From the NCBI GenBank assembly GCA_963771045.1, contig CAVYRW010000004.1:1873436-1937435 (forward strand): a DNA stretch of 64,000 nucleotides. The letters run 5' to 3'. This stretch comes from Waddliaceae bacterium (GTDB lineage Bacteria > Chlamydiota > Chlamydiia > Chlamydiales > SLFE01). The notes beneath the pieces were generated by a model. It searched no databases and was not told the DNA's origin. It saw only the letters and a list, made by a program, of their open reading frames with translations. Shown piece by piece: positions 53,287-64,000 of the stretch (position 1 is the stretch's first letter; the number at the start of each line of letters is the position of its first letter). The position numbers were made by a program, and so were the translations under genes.

Positions 53287-54248
53287 TGGAAGCGATCATA
53301 TATAGAGAAATAAATTGAATATCTTTTTGGGGTATGCCTCGGCGCAAATTCTTCAGCAGTCATGGCTTTTTTGCCTTCAAGTTTAAGTTCGATCAGGCGA
53401 AGAGACTCATCCCCGCAGGCGACAATAATGCCGTCTGGCCCATAGGCGAGGATGTTGCCGGGAGTTTCGGTATATCCTTGAACCACTCTGGCGGATAAGA
53501 TTTTCATCCGCTTTTTTTCGCCTTTAATGAGTACCGGGCACCAGGCGCCTGGAACAGGGGCTGTTCGCCCTGATTAAATTGAACAGGCTGCGGGCCGACT
53601 TCTCCCAATGCACCCGGCAATCTTCCGGTTCGATTTTTTTTGCGTACGTGACAAGCGATTCGTCTTGAGGAACTTCGGTTATGATTCCGCGCTCCATTTC
53701 CTTGAGGGCCGCCACAAGGATTTCAGCTCCTGCCTGCTGAAGCAGATCGTGCAGCTCTCCGGCGGTCATATTGGGACCGATCTTGACTTTTGCCTGTTTG
53801 ATCATGGGGCCGGCATCGAGTTTTTTGACCATGTGCATGATCGTCACGCCGGATTCTTTTTCTCCGTTGATGATAGCCGTTGGATAGGCGCTGCGCCCCG
53901 GTACTTGGGAAGGAGGCTGGCGTGAACGTTGACACAGGCAAGCTTTGGCATATCAAGAAGCTCCTGCTTCATGATTTCCCCATAGGCGACTACAACAAAA
54001 AGGTCTGCAGGAAATTGGGAGAGGGTCTGGATAAATTCAGGAGAAGAGGCTTTTTGGGGTTGGAAAACAGAAACATCGGGAATTTTTTCCTGAGCGATAG
54101 TTTTGACAGGCGGCGGCAGGGGACGGCCCGATCTCCCCTTTGGCTTATCGGGTTTTGTTACAACTGCCGCAACTTCGATTCCCTGATCAATCAAATACTC
54201 AAGGGTTTTTGCAGCAAATACTGGCGTGCCAAAAAAAATGATCTTCAT
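53283..54248 (-). pseudogene. fmt: Methionyl-tRNA formyltransferase, 2 frame breaks (near 53850 and near 53515)
   Basis: MKIIFFGTPVFAAKTLEYLIDQGIEVAAVVTKPDKPKGR.. and ..NVHASLLPKYRGAAPIQR. This continues as AIINGEKESGVTIMHMVKKLDAGPMI.. only after a 1-nt shift. The C-terminal piece is 53283-53507. Confidence 0.85.
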
Positions 54249-54255
54249 GAAACTT

Positions 54256-55128
54256 CTATACAGAGGTTGCCATATACTCGCTCACTTCTTCGAGCTCGTC
54301 TTCGAGGTAGTAATCACTGTGAATGTTTTGATTTTTGTGAACCCCGCCAAGACCGATCAAACCGCGCTTGGAAGTTTTGCAAAATTCAAGCCAATACTTT
54401 ATTTCCGGCAAAGGCTCCAACTCGGTCTGGATGCGGCTCAAAGCTTCATCCAACTTAAGTTTAGAGCGGTAAATCAAACGAAAAGCCCTGCTGAGTTCCC
54501 TTCGAGTTTCAATAGGAAATCCGTGCCGCTTTAAACCTACTAAGTTGAGCCCGCCGAACCTAAACGGCTCCCCCCGTCCGATAGTGAACGGCGGAACATC
54601 CTGGCCGATGGGGCTGAACCCGCCGATCATCGAATATTTTCCTATGCGAACATACTGGTGGATGGCGGTTTTTCCGCCGATAATAGCGTGGTCTTCAATG
54701 ACGACATGTCCAGACAATGCGGCATTGTTGCTCATAATGACATGATTCCCAAGCCAGCTATTGTGAGCCAGATGGCAATAAGCCATGATCATGCAGTTGT
54801 CACCTATATGGACTATAGAGTCGCTTCCAAGCGAAGAATTGATTGTGACATATTCTCGAATTTGGCAATTTTTGCCAATTTCAATCACCGATTTTTCACC
54901 GCGATATCTGATAGCTTGAGGCGGGCAGCCGATGCTGGCTCCCGGGTAAATGACAGTACCTTCGCCTATCTTGGTCAGCCCTTCAATATAGGCATGGGAT
55001 TTGATGAGGACATTATCTCCAATTTCGACATCTTTTTTGACGACAGCGTAAGGTTCTATCGTGACATTTTTTCCAATTTTGGCCCCCTCTTCAACATAAG
55101 CGGCCGGGTGAATCCTTGCTTGAGTCAT
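54256..55128 (-). CDS. lpxA: Acyl-ACP--UDP-N-acetylglucosamine O-acyltransferase
   Basis: 290 aa, hexapeptide-repeat left-handed helix (MTQARIHPAAYVEEGAKIGKNVTIEPYAVV..). Also ..GGLNLVGLKRHGF... Intact. Confidence 0.9.
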   Translation of the reverse strand: MTQARIHPAAYVEEGAKIGKNVTIEPYAVVKKDVEIGDNVLIKSHAYIEGLTKIGEGTVIYPGASIGCPPQAIRYRGEKSVIEIGKNCQIREYVTINSSLGSDSIVHIGDNCMIMAYCHLAHNSWLGNHVIMSNNAALSGHVVIEDHAIIGGKTAIHQYVRIGKYSMIGGFSPIGQDVPPFTIGRGEPFRFGGLNLVGLKRHGFPIETRRELSRAFRLIYRSKLKLDEALSRIQTELEPLPEIKYWLEFCKTSKRGLIGLGGVHKNQNIHSDYYLEDELEEVSEYMATSV

Positions 55129-55155
55129 ATTACTCTCTTTTTAACGATTTAAATC

Positions 55156-55621
55156 CTAAATTGTATCTTTTTCTATCAAAACGCAACCAATTTCTGCTTC
55201 TGCGACTAATTTATCGCCCACCATGGCCCGTCCCTGGAATTTACCCCCTTTTCCGCTTAAGTGTTTTTCAGTGACATGAAGAGTCAAAATATCGCCGGGG
55301 GTGACAGGACTGCGGAATTTTGCGTGATTGATATTGAGCAGGGCGCAAAGTTTATCGTATCCTTTGAGGTAAATATATATTCCCCCGGTTTGAGCAAGGG
55401 CTTCCAGGATGAGGACCCCCGGCATAATGGGCATATCGGGAAAATGACCCTGGAAAAACTGTTCATTTATACTGATATTCTTTTGACCTACGATCAGTCT
55501 TTCCTCCAGATTCACATCTATAACCTTATCAACAAAGAAAAGGATAGCGATGAGGAAGGATGTTCAAAATCTCCTTATAGCTAAGCTCTTGAGGAATATC
55601 TTTATGTGCGTTAATCGCCAT
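55156..55621 (-). pseudogene. fabZ: 3-hydroxyacyl-ACP dehydratase FabZ, 1 frame break near 55540
   Basis: MAINAHKDIPQELSYKEILNILPHRYPFL, then a shift to VDKVIDVNLEERLIVGQKNISINEQFFQGHFPDMPIMPGVLILEALAQTGG... The ATG overlaps the lpxC stop (TAATG). Confidence 0.85.
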
Positions 55622-56501
55622 TATTTTTTCTCCGTCATAATGGAATTAAGTAATTCTTTGGCAAATAAAACATTCGCTTCATGTCCTGTCCGGTATCCAA
55701 TCACATGGGCGTATAAACTGTAGCCGAGAAGGCTTAAATCTCCAACCAGGTCCAAGGCTTTATGCCCGGCCATTTCGTTCTTTATATGAAGCCCTCCTTT
55801 GCTGAAAACAACATCGTCTTTGACAACAAGTGTGTTTGCCATGCTTCCCCCTTTGATCAATCCGCGGTCAATCAAATACTCCAACTCGGCATACCGGGAA
55901 AAAGTGCGGCAGTAAGCCATGTTGTTTTTAAAATTTTCCGGAGTGATTAATGAGGAAAAGAACTGATTCTGAAGAGCTTTGTCGTCAGGATAGTGCAGCG
56001 AGTAGCTGACCCTGAATCCCTCGTACGGGAGGGCTACTAGGTGGGCGTCTCCGCGGGACCAATAGACCGGATGTTTGATTTTAATGATCGGAGCCGGTTG
56101 ATTTTGCTGCTTGATGCCGCTCTCTTCGATCATATCGACAAAAATCTGCGAACTTCCATCGTCAATAGGAGGCTCTTTATCCGATACTTGTATCAAAACA
56201 TTGTCTATATCATAGGCTTTGATCGCCGCAAGAACATGTTCGACAGTACTGACAAATACTCCCAATCCCCCTATCGTGGTGCTTCTTGTCGTGTCAATGA
56301 CATGATCAACGGAGGCTTTGATTGTCGGCTCTCCGGGCAGATCGATTCTTTGGAAAAAACGCCGGTTCCGGGATCGGCCGGACAAAATCGAATAGTCACC
56401 TGCTTTCCCGAATGAATGCCGATGCCCGAATATTCAACCGGCTGTGAAAGTGTTCGCTGGTTTCGTGTAAGGATTTCTAATTCTGGATCTAAAACTGCCA
56501 C
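55621..56501 (-). pseudogene. lpxC: UDP-3-O-acyl-GlcNAc deacetylase LpxC, 1 frame break near 56360
   Basis: MAVLDPELEILTRNQRTLSQPVEYSGIGIHSGKQVTIRFCPADPGTG. After a shift: ..FQRIDLPGEPTIKASVDHVIDTTRSTT..TVEHVLAA.. and ..HKALDLVGDLSL... Confidence 0.85.
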
Positions 56502-56738
56502 GTAAAAGCTAATAATATAGTCTAAAAGAGTTAATAATAGGTAAAAATCCTATTTTGAGCAACCTATTTGAATCAACAAATTCCATAATGATTTTTACCA
56601 AGTCGTTAGGGAAAAAGTTGAATTCACTGGGTAAATTTATGTTTTTGATTTACAGGATAGAAATGAGACCTTTTTACCCGTGATTGTAACCTCCTAAAGG
56701 AGTTACCTGTATCGGGTAAAGTCAATAGATTAGTTGCT

Positions 56739-58373
56739 CTATTTGAAGAGACCAGTAAAGACAGCGAGGACGAAAAGAACCGCGCTGAGCGCGATGATCA
56801 GGTGGTCGCCCAGCCATGTATAGAGAGTCCGGTATGTGTATGTCGGGAACATCGGCGATCAAAACATCTTGAGCGTGTTCCTGTTCATACGAGTGTGGAT
56901 CCAAGCACAGCGATATCCTGTCCAAAGGAGTCTAAGACGCAGGTCACTCCGGTATTACAGGAGCGGATTAATGGAATGCCCATTTCAACAGGGCGGAGTC
57001 TTGCATGCTCAAGATGGCTTTTTGCCAGCCCTTTATCCGGAAACCATCCGTCGTTTGTAATATTGACAAGCATCTTAGCTCCCTGCAGCCGATTTTCGCG
57101 CATCATATGGCCTAGGGTTTCCTCATAACAGATGGAAATGCCAAGAGGAACTTTGCAGCCGTGGAAAACTTTAGCAGAGCTTCCGCAGCAAAAAGATCCG
57201 ATCACTCCATATTTTGCCGCCAGATCCCGAAGAAAAGCAAAGGGGATATATTCCCCCATGGGAACAAGAACCCTTTTTTCATAACGTTGAAGGGAATATC
57301 TTTGGGGTTTGAACATATAAGCTGCAGTATAATTTCGATACTCCCCTTCAGCCAGATAATCGCGGTCTTCGAGGCCTGCTATCACATTCGCCTCTAAAGC
57401 GTTGGCAAGCCCCTGAACCCAAAAGGCATTGTTGACCAGCCACTTTCCATCAATCTCCATAGCAAGATGCTGCCGTTTTTCTGGAAGTTTTTCGACGGCC
57501 TCAGGACCTAAAATTTCCCGAAACGCCTGAACAGTTTCCTCATAGTCGAAAACAAGAAAATAGGTGCCGTAAGGAACAACAAGCTCAGGAAGAACAATGA
57601 GATCGACATTTTTGCCCTGAACTTTTTTTCCCAGCTCAAGTATCTGGCGCCATTCGCTTTTAATCAGAGAAAAAAAGTCGTTTTTATCTTTGCCTGAGAG
57701 ATTCTTCAATGGGAAAGTTGGTTTGAATGAGAGCGACTTTTGTGAGTGTTTTCATGATCCTGTAAAGAATGGGATTGGAGGTGGATAAATCCGTAAAGAT
57801 AAGGAACAAGGGCTAAAGCTGCGGCCAAGGCCCAGCCGGAAAGTTTGATACGATGCCAGGCTCTCAAGCAGAAGAGATTGACAAGCATCACCCAAAACGA
57901 CAACCCGTAAACGCCCCAGAAGGGAGGCGAATTGCCGCGCATAAAGACTGCCGCTAAGGGAAAGGCCGACAGGATTCCAGGGGTGGCCTGAAAAAAAATA
58001 AAGGCGTGACCATTCGAAAAGAACCCATAATCCCGAAAGCCCTAAAATAAAGCGAATTTTCCGGATTTTCTCAGGCGTGATGAAAAGGGAAAGAATGCCG
58101 AATTGCAGCCCGAGAAAAAAAACGTGGAGGGCGTAGGCGAGCATAAATATAATAAAAGGGATGCCCAAGCGACCAGTAGAGCTGAACCATCTGAACGAGA
58201 GAAAACCACAGCGTTCCCAGCCAAAACCGTTTTTTTCCGGAGGGAATTTCAAGCAGAAGTCGAAAAAAGAGGGTGAAACCGCAAATTGCGGCTATAAGGC
58301 CGATCCAGGAAATCAAATTTGGCTGCCCGAAGGCCGCTATCAAAAAGGATAAAACAAATAAAATTATTGTCAT
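56739..58373 (-). pseudogene. lnt: Apolipoprotein N-acyltransferase (Lnt/CutE), at least 5 frame breaks
   Basis: The N-terminal membrane domain is split over 58071-58373, 57752-58252 and 57706-57942. The CN-hydrolase domain is 56885-57709 (..VLVPMGEYIPF.., ..ISICYEETLG.., ..LVNITNDGWF..). The tail, in two more frames, ends ..LFVLAVFTGLFK* at 56739. Confidence 0.8.
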
Positions 58374-58769
58374 TTTTTATCAACAGAGAGGGATCCTGCG
58401 CCGGATACCAACACGTAGAGACAGACCTCCGATTATGGCAAGATTTTTCATAAACATAATCATTTGCAGGTTGGCTTCGGATCCGCTATAACTCCAAAAA
58501 TTATGGAATAAGAGGGTTACGGGAATTAAAAATAAAGCTAATATCCCGGCGGCCCATCGGATTTTAAAGCCGAAGACAAGCGACAGGCCGCCGATAAATT
58601 CGATCATGCAAGCTAAAAATAAAAATATAGATGTCTGCCCGATTCCTTTTGAGGCCATATCGCTGATTGTCGTCTCCCAATGGGTAATTTTATCATATGC
58701 CGCGGCAAAAAAGATGATGCTGATCGCAATGCGTGCAATAAGCATCAGTATCGATTGAAAAAATTTCAT
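58370..58769 (-). pseudogene. DoxX-family membrane protein, 1 frame break near 58428
   Basis: MKFFQSILMLIARIAISIIFFAAAYDKI.. and ..FIGGLSLVFGFKIRWAAGILALFLIPVTLLFHNFW... The tail ..LYVLVSGAGSLSVDKK* is reached after a shift. The stop overlaps the lnt ATG (ATGA). Confidence 0.7.
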
Positions 58770-58801
58770 TGATTTCCTCCCTAAAGAAAATAACTATTAT
58801 A

Positions 58802-60150
58802 TCAAGAAGAGGCAAGCAGATCAATCTTTTTGGTCAGAAAGCTCTTTCCCCAAAAATAAGCCCCGATTCCCGCAACGAAATTGACCAGGGAAATGACCCC
58901 GAAAATCCCTATGGGGCCGATATAAGACATAGCAAGTACAGCAAGAGGGAGATAGAGCACAAAATATCTGAGCAAAGAGATAATCGCCACGGCATGAGAT
59001 TTTCCGATAGCGTTCAGATAGGAATTAGTCACAAAAAGGCTTCCTGCAGCGCAGTAGCTTAAAGGGACGTAGAGGAGATACTGAGCGACAGTTCCGGCAA
59101 CATCGGGATCGGGATTGAAAAATTTAGGGAGGAATTGTGATCCCATAAAAAGGACAAACGCAATAATCAGCCCCCACAAAACGGCAAATACATACCCGAT
59201 CCTGATTCCCCTCAAGGCTCTCTGGTAATGCCCTGCTCCCCAATTCTGGCCGACGAAGGCAGACAAACTGGTTGCCATGCCGATCACAACGATTAAAGAA
59301 AAAGCCTCAAGCCTGGAAACAACCCCATACCCCGCGACTACGGCCGGACCAAAAAATCCCAGCATCCATACTGTAATCGAACTCGTCAGAGGGACAATCA
59401 TTTGCGAAGCGGCGGCGGGAAGCCCTACCCGAAGAAGGTCTTTCCAGGATTCGATCATTTCAGAGAATTTAAGGTGAGAGGTCAGCATCTTCTTCCTTAA
59501 CCTAAGATCCAAAAGAGAAATACAAAAAGCCGTTCCATACGATATCAGAGTCGCCAGCGCAGCTCCGGCAACTTCAAGTCGTGGAAATCCCCAATAGCCA
59601 AAGATCAGCAAAGGATCCATAATGAGATTGATGAGTGCGGCGATCAGCATCATCAATCCGGGAAGTTTCATATCGCCAGTGGCGTTGATGGCTGCATTGC
59701 CGATGATCGGCACTGCCATAAGCGGAAGCCCGTAATACCAGATCCTCATATAAGACATGGATGTAAGGGAGAAGATCCTGCGGTGCGTTCATAAGGCCGA
59801 AAAGGAAGACTGATTGAAATCTGTCCGAGATACATCAAACCCAACATAAGACAGAAAACAAAAATGAGGCTGTCGGTTGTCAGTCTCTTGACTCTTTCTT
59901 TGTCTCCCCCGCCTATGGCACGGGAAATGACGGAGCCGGCGCCGATCGAAAGGCCGAGCGTCAAGTTCATTAGAATCATCACAATGGGAAAAGTAAAACT
60001 GACTGCGGCAAGTTCTTTTGTTCCGAGCCTGGCGACAAAATACGTGTCGACGAGGTTAAGCGAGATGACAGCCAGCAGACCCCATACCATAGGGCTTGTG
60101 AGCCTCATTAAAGTTCTGCCGACAGGACCGTTGGTCAGTTTCGCTTCCAT
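58802..60150 (-). pseudogene. MATE-family efflux transporter, 2 frame breaks near 59750-59800
   Basis: MEAKLTNGPVGRTLMRLTSPMVWGLLAVISLNLVDTYFVARLG.. is a typical MATE N-terminus. It continues through 59574-59792 into 58802-59758 (..VGLPAAASQMIVPL..). Confidence 0.8.
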
Positions 60151-60186
60151 GTCTGTTCTACTATAGAAGAGCTTGTAATTAAATTG

Positions 60187-61244
60187 TTAGAACAAAACGG
60201 ACTTTAAGATTTTGACGGTGATTTTATGACCCAGCCTGCCGAGAATCCACCAGGGGAACCGTCGATAGAGAGGAAGGTGCTTGCAATAAACGGCAGTATA
60301 TCCGATTGCACGATGGCTTCCCCGATTCATTTTGAAGGTTTCATTGCCCCCGCCAAAGTTATATATCCAGCCGTTTTCCTCAGCGATTTTTAAGCTATGG
60401 GCGAATATCATTCGATACAGCCCCTTATCCTGCGGCATCGACGTGTCGTACCCCAAAGGGCCGCAGGCCATGACCCCGTCTTGAACTTCATAGGCTAAAA
60501 ATCCATCGATTATCCCCTCTTCATTTCTGATTCCGAAGAAATTATACCAACAGTGCCGGTGGCTTTCCTTAAAGAATTTGAGTGTCAGATCGGGATTTTC
60601 CCTGCTGTGCTTCTCCAAAAAAAGCAATTGATAGAGCTCATGAATCCGTTCAAGGTCGTTTTCAAAAATCTGCTTATGCGGCACAAATGTGTAGGCTTGT
60701 TTTTTTAAAAAAGAAAAATCCCTTTTCGTGTGGCTTCTTTTGAAGTGGCTGCCATCGGGAAAGTAAATATGAGCGGTGCGGGTGGGCACCATCCAAAATC
60801 CCGCCTTCAATAAATTTTCATAAAGTTCTTTCGAAGAAACTTTATCAATTCTGGGAAAAATAATCGCATGGTCCGGAAAGTGAGAAATAAGATTTTGCAA
60901 ACAGTTTCGGACCTCGCGCAAGCTGAGCCCGGGATAAGCAATTGCATCGGAAGGCTTATTATTCACTTGGACAACCCTGTTAAACTTCGCCTTTTTAAAA
61001 ATCAGGGAAAACATCGAAGTGAAGGCCGTTAAAAGATGTTTGAGCCAGCCGGTTTGACATTTTGCAGACGCTGTTTGGGATAGTAGCAAAAAAGATTGAT
61101 TGGCGAGCAAATGGGAGAATTGTCATACTCTTTATCATTGACCGTGCCGATTAGGGATTTGCCTGCAAAATTAATGACGACTTCCTCGGTTTTGAAATTG
61201 GAGACATGAGACAAAAAACCTTCCCCCAGCAATTTTCCGGTCAT
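60187..61244 (-). pseudogene. GNAT-fold protein of the BioF2-like/CelD-like (Acetyltransf_6, FemAB-type) group, 1 frame break near 61070
   Basis: ..IIDGFLAYEVQDGVMACGPLGYDTSMPQDKGLYRMIFAHSLKIAEENGWIYNFGGGNETFKMNRGS... The N-terminal piece 61029-61244 joins after a shift. Family call is by pattern only. Confidence 0.5.
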
Positions 61245-61392
61245 GACTGTGTCGGCAATTGCCCTTGAAATAGTCGCCTGAATTTATTTTTGTGTAAATA
61301 TGGGTCTGCTGCATTGACGGCCTCTGGTTAAAATAAGTATTTACACACAAGTGTTTAATTTGCCAATAATTCTTTTCTGCTATAATGGATGA

Positions 61393-62534
61393 ATGATTCC
61401 ATTTCAGACAATTTCACCTCCTCCAAATGCTAGGCGAGTATAGCAGGCAGTCTCTGCCGCTCGATCTTCTGATGAATCATTACTTTCGATCCAATAAGGC
61501 ATTGGGATCAAAAGACCGCGCCTTTATCGCCCAAACCGCCTACGATATGATCCGGTGGCTGGGACTTTTGGACGCCCTTTCTCAAAAAACGACGTGGGAA
61601 GAGCGCCTGAAGACATATGAGAATGTGAAAGACCGCCTTGAAAATCCCCTTCTTTATTATCGGGAATCGTTGCCGCTTCACAGCTGCGTTAGCTTTCCAA
61701 AAGATCTTTTCGACCGCCTCGTCCTCTCTTTCGGAAAAGATAAAGCCGTCGAATCTGTGCTTGGAGTCTAATCGGCCGGCCCCGACTTTTGTAAGGGCAA
61801 ACACTCTGAAAATTTCGCGATGCGAGCTTCTCAGACTGTGGAAAGATTTTCCTGTCAGAAAGACAAAAACATCTCCAAACGGAATCATTTTTGATAAAAG
61901 AATGAATTTCTTCAGCTTAGACGAATTTAAAAAAGGGTATTTCGAAGTTCAGGATGAAGGGAGTCAGATTTTAGCCGAACTGGTCCAAACAAAACCCGGA
62001 GATCAGTTTATGGACTATTGCGCAGGCTCGGGAGGAAAATCGCTCTCTGTTGCCGCAGAAATGAAAAACCGGGGACAGATATATCTTCACGACATTCGCA
62101 AAAGAGCTTTGCAAGAGGCCAAAAAAAGACTTCGAAGGGCCGGGGTGGAAAATGCCCAAGTCATCAACTCCGGGTCGCCGAAACTTTCCAAGCTGAAGAA
62201 GAAGATAGACTGGGTTTTAGTCGACGCCCCCTGCTCGGGAACAGGGACGCTGAGGCGAAATCCCGATATGAAATGGAAGTTCGCAAGTGAAATGCCCGGG
62301 CGCCTTGCCGCCGAGCAAAGAGTCATTTTTGAACAAGGGCTCAGCTTTGTTAAACCTGGCGGCCATATCGTCTATGCCACCTGCAGCCTGCTGCGGGAAG
62401 AGAATCAAAACCAACTTGATCATTTTTTAAAAACCTATGATCTTAAACTCGTAGATGAACCTTTTCAAAGTCTTCCGCACGAAGGAGGAATGGACGGCTT
62501 TTACGGAGTGGTATTTAAAAAGCCGGTGAAGTAA
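61393..62534 (+). pseudogene. NOL1/NOP2/Sun-family RNA m5C methyltransferase (RsmB-like), at least 2 frame breaks (near 61405 and near 61760)
   Basis: ..FEVQDEGSQILAELV..FMDYCAGSGGKSL.. (SAM motif), then ..VLVDAPCSGTGTLRRNPD.. and ..IVYATCSLLREEN.. (the catalytic Cys motifs). Confidence 0.75.
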
Positions 62535-62544
62535 TATCTCAAGT

Positions 62545-63822
62545 ATGTTCCGCCATCTCATAATTTCCTTTTGTTTCTTGATGTCTGCTTTGCATGGGCA
62601 GCTCGATATCGATGTGAGGGCCGATTCCGCTATTCTTATCAATACCGAAACAGGAGCGGTTCTCTTTGAAAAAAATCCCCATGATCCCCATTACCCCGCC
62701 AGCATCACGAAAATCGCCACCGCCCTTTACGCTCTCGAAAAAAAAGGACAAAATCTGGATGAAATGATCGAAGCGAAAAGAGAGGCCGTCGCTTCGGTCA
62801 CCGAAAAACAAAGAGAGAAGGCCAACTTCAAGATCAATCCCCACTGGATTGAAGTCGGCGGCTCTCATATAGGCATCAAATCAGGTGAATCCCTGCCATT
62901 AGAAGCCCTCCTCTACGGCATGATGATTGCTTCGGGAAATGACGCTGCCAATGTGATCGCGCAGTATGCAGGGGACGGTTCGATCGACCATTTCATCGGA
63001 GAAATGAACAACTATCTGGGAAACCTCGGAGCCAAAGACACTCATTTTGTCTGCGCCCACGGCCATCATCACCCCGATCATATAACCACAGCTTACGACA
63101 TGGCTCTGATTGCCAAAAAGGCCATGGAAAACCCTGTCTTTCGGAAAATCGTTTCGACGGAAAAATACCGCCGCCCGAAAACAAACAAACAAAACCCGGT
63201 AACTCTCGTTCAAACAAATAAACTGATAAGACCCTCGTCGAATTACTATTATGACAAGGCCATTGGCATTAAAACCGGCCACGGCTCCCAAGCCAAGGAA
63301 ACCCTTGTCGCCGCAGCCGAATATAAAGACCGCACTTTGATCGCTGTTCTCATGCACGCTAAAGAGAGGCGCCACAATTTTGAGGACGCAGCAGCCCTGT
63401 TTGAAGAAGCTTTCAAACAGCCTAAGCTTGCGAAAACGCTTCTGGAGCCGGGACCACAGAGGTATACATTAAAATTGCAGGGAGCTTCGGGTCCCATTCA
63501 TACCTATGCCCGGGAAAACTATCGGCTTGAGTACCACAAAGGGGAAGATCCCGATGTCAAGGCCTGGCTTGTGTGGGTAAAAAACCTAGCTTTGCCGATC
63601 GCCAAAGATCAAAAAGTCGGAGAGGTCGTTTTCGCAGACAGTCAAAGGAAAATCCTGAAACGGGTCCCGCTTTTAGCTCAAAAAAAAGTCGGACATTCTT
63701 TTGTCGAAAAAACCCGCAGATTCTTCAAAGGAAAATCGTCTCTTGCAGAATATAGCGTTGTTTCAATCGCCATCGCCTTTTTCATTATTCTCCGCATGTG
63801 GTGGGTGAACAGAAGCCCGTAA
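62545..63822 (+). CDS. dacC: D-alanyl-D-alanine carboxypeptidase (S11, PBP5/6-like) with C-terminal membrane anchor
   Basis: Signal peptide, SxxK (ASITK), SxN (SGND) and KTG (IKTGH). C-terminal TM SIAIAFFIILRMWW. 425 aa, intact. The gene symbol is given only as a family label. Confidence 0.8.
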   Translation: MFRHLIISFCFLMSALHGQLDIDVRADSAILINTETGAVLFEKNPHDPHYPASITKIATALYALEKKGQNLDEMIEAKREAVASVTEKQREKANFKINPHWIEVGGSHIGIKSGESLPLEALLYGMMIASGNDAANVIAQYAGDGSIDHFIGEMNNYLGNLGAKDTHFVCAHGHHHPDHITTAYDMALIAKKAMENPVFRKIVSTEKYRRPKTNKQNPVTLVQTNKLIRPSSNYYYDKAIGIKTGHGSQAKETLVAAAEYKDRTLIAVLMHAKERRHNFEDAAALFEEAFKQPKLAKTLLEPGPQRYTLKLQGASGPIHTYARENYRLEYHKGEDPDVKAWLVWVKNLALPIAKDQKVGEVVFADSQRKILKRVPLLAQKKVGHSFVEKTRRFFKGKSSLAEYSVVSIAIAFFIILRMWWVNRSP

Positions 63823-64000
63823 TTGTTCATAAAATAAAATAAACTGATCGAGAGAAAGTTCTTCTGGTCGAGCCTTTGGGTTCAGTCCGCTTTGCTCCAA
63901 AGCCAAAGCGATATCCTCCGGACCATATTCACCGCTTAAGGAATTGCGAAGCATTTTCCGCCTCTTTTCAAATGCCCGGCGAACAGCATTGAGAAAACTT
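63763..64000 (-). CDS. rsmA: 16S rRNA dimethyladenosine transferase (RsmA/KsgA), C-terminal part; runs off the window
   Basis: ..NAVRRAFEKRRKMLRNSLSG..ALEQSGLNPKARPEELSLDQFILFYEQL.. matches the KsgA C-terminal domain pattern. Confidence 0.65.
   Translation of the reverse strand, partial: SFLNAVRRAFEKRRKMLRNSLSGEYGPEDIALALEQSGLNPKARPEELSLDQFILFYEQLRASVHPPHAENNEKGDGD

Noticed and set aside
56673-56720. Compound inverted repeat (TTTACCCG..CGGGTAAA enclosing GTAACCTCC/GGAGTTAC) 19 nt downstream of the reconstructed lnt stop, considered as a terminator
   Set aside because: No U-run follows the hairpin on the minus strand, where AAAAAGG follows instead, and no plus-strand gene ends here. It may be a protein-binding site in the lpxC upstream region, but I cannot support a specific call.

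Overview
This window reads as chromosomal DNA from a Chlamydia-related (environmental Chlamydiae) bacterium. That call rests on gene order, not on any search. From about 36.8 to 58.4 kb the minus strand carries gapA, rplQ, rpoA, rpsK, rpsM, secY, the spc and S10-type ribosomal genes up to rplC, then fmt, lpxA, fabZ, lpxC and lnt. This matches the Chlamydia trachomatis CT505-CT534 order as I recall it, including the characteristic absences: no rpsJ before rplC, no rpsN or rpmD, and no adk, infA or rpmJ after secY.

The rest of the window is accessory or metabolic:
- An Aas-like acyltransferase/acyl-ACP synthetase and an EamA transporter.
- A cluster resembling ectoine/hydroxyectoine catabolism (eutB, eutC, eutD/doeA and eutE/doeB-like), together with a Cys/Met PLP enzyme, thrB and thrC.
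- A low-GC block of orphan genes next to a PP2C phosphatase with a long N-terminal extension.
- A GH63 glycosidase / SDR / GMC-oxidoreductase cluster.
- Three tandem cysteine-rich MOMP-like porin paralogues; the third carries a large internal deletion.
- A cytidylyltransferase, an RRM RNA-binding protein, a UDPGP-family pyrophosphorylase and an MscS-type channel.
- A low-GC island bounded by tRNA-Leu(UAA) and a degenerate tRNA-Leu copy. It contains an AbiEi/AbiEii toxin-antitoxin pair coupled to a pentapeptide-repeat gene.

I recognised no rRNA, CRISPR array, transposase or integrase.

The most striking global feature is the distribution of frame breaks. By manual reading there are roughly 60 indel-type breaks, spread over most accessory genes and several core genes (fmt, fabZ, lpxC, lnt). 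The 14.5-kb gapA / ribosomal protein / secY / rpoA block has none. From sequence alone I cannot tell whether this is genuine gene decay, assembly or polishing artefact, or both.

All coordinates for broken genes are reconstructed by joining ORF pieces across frames and are approximate at the break points.
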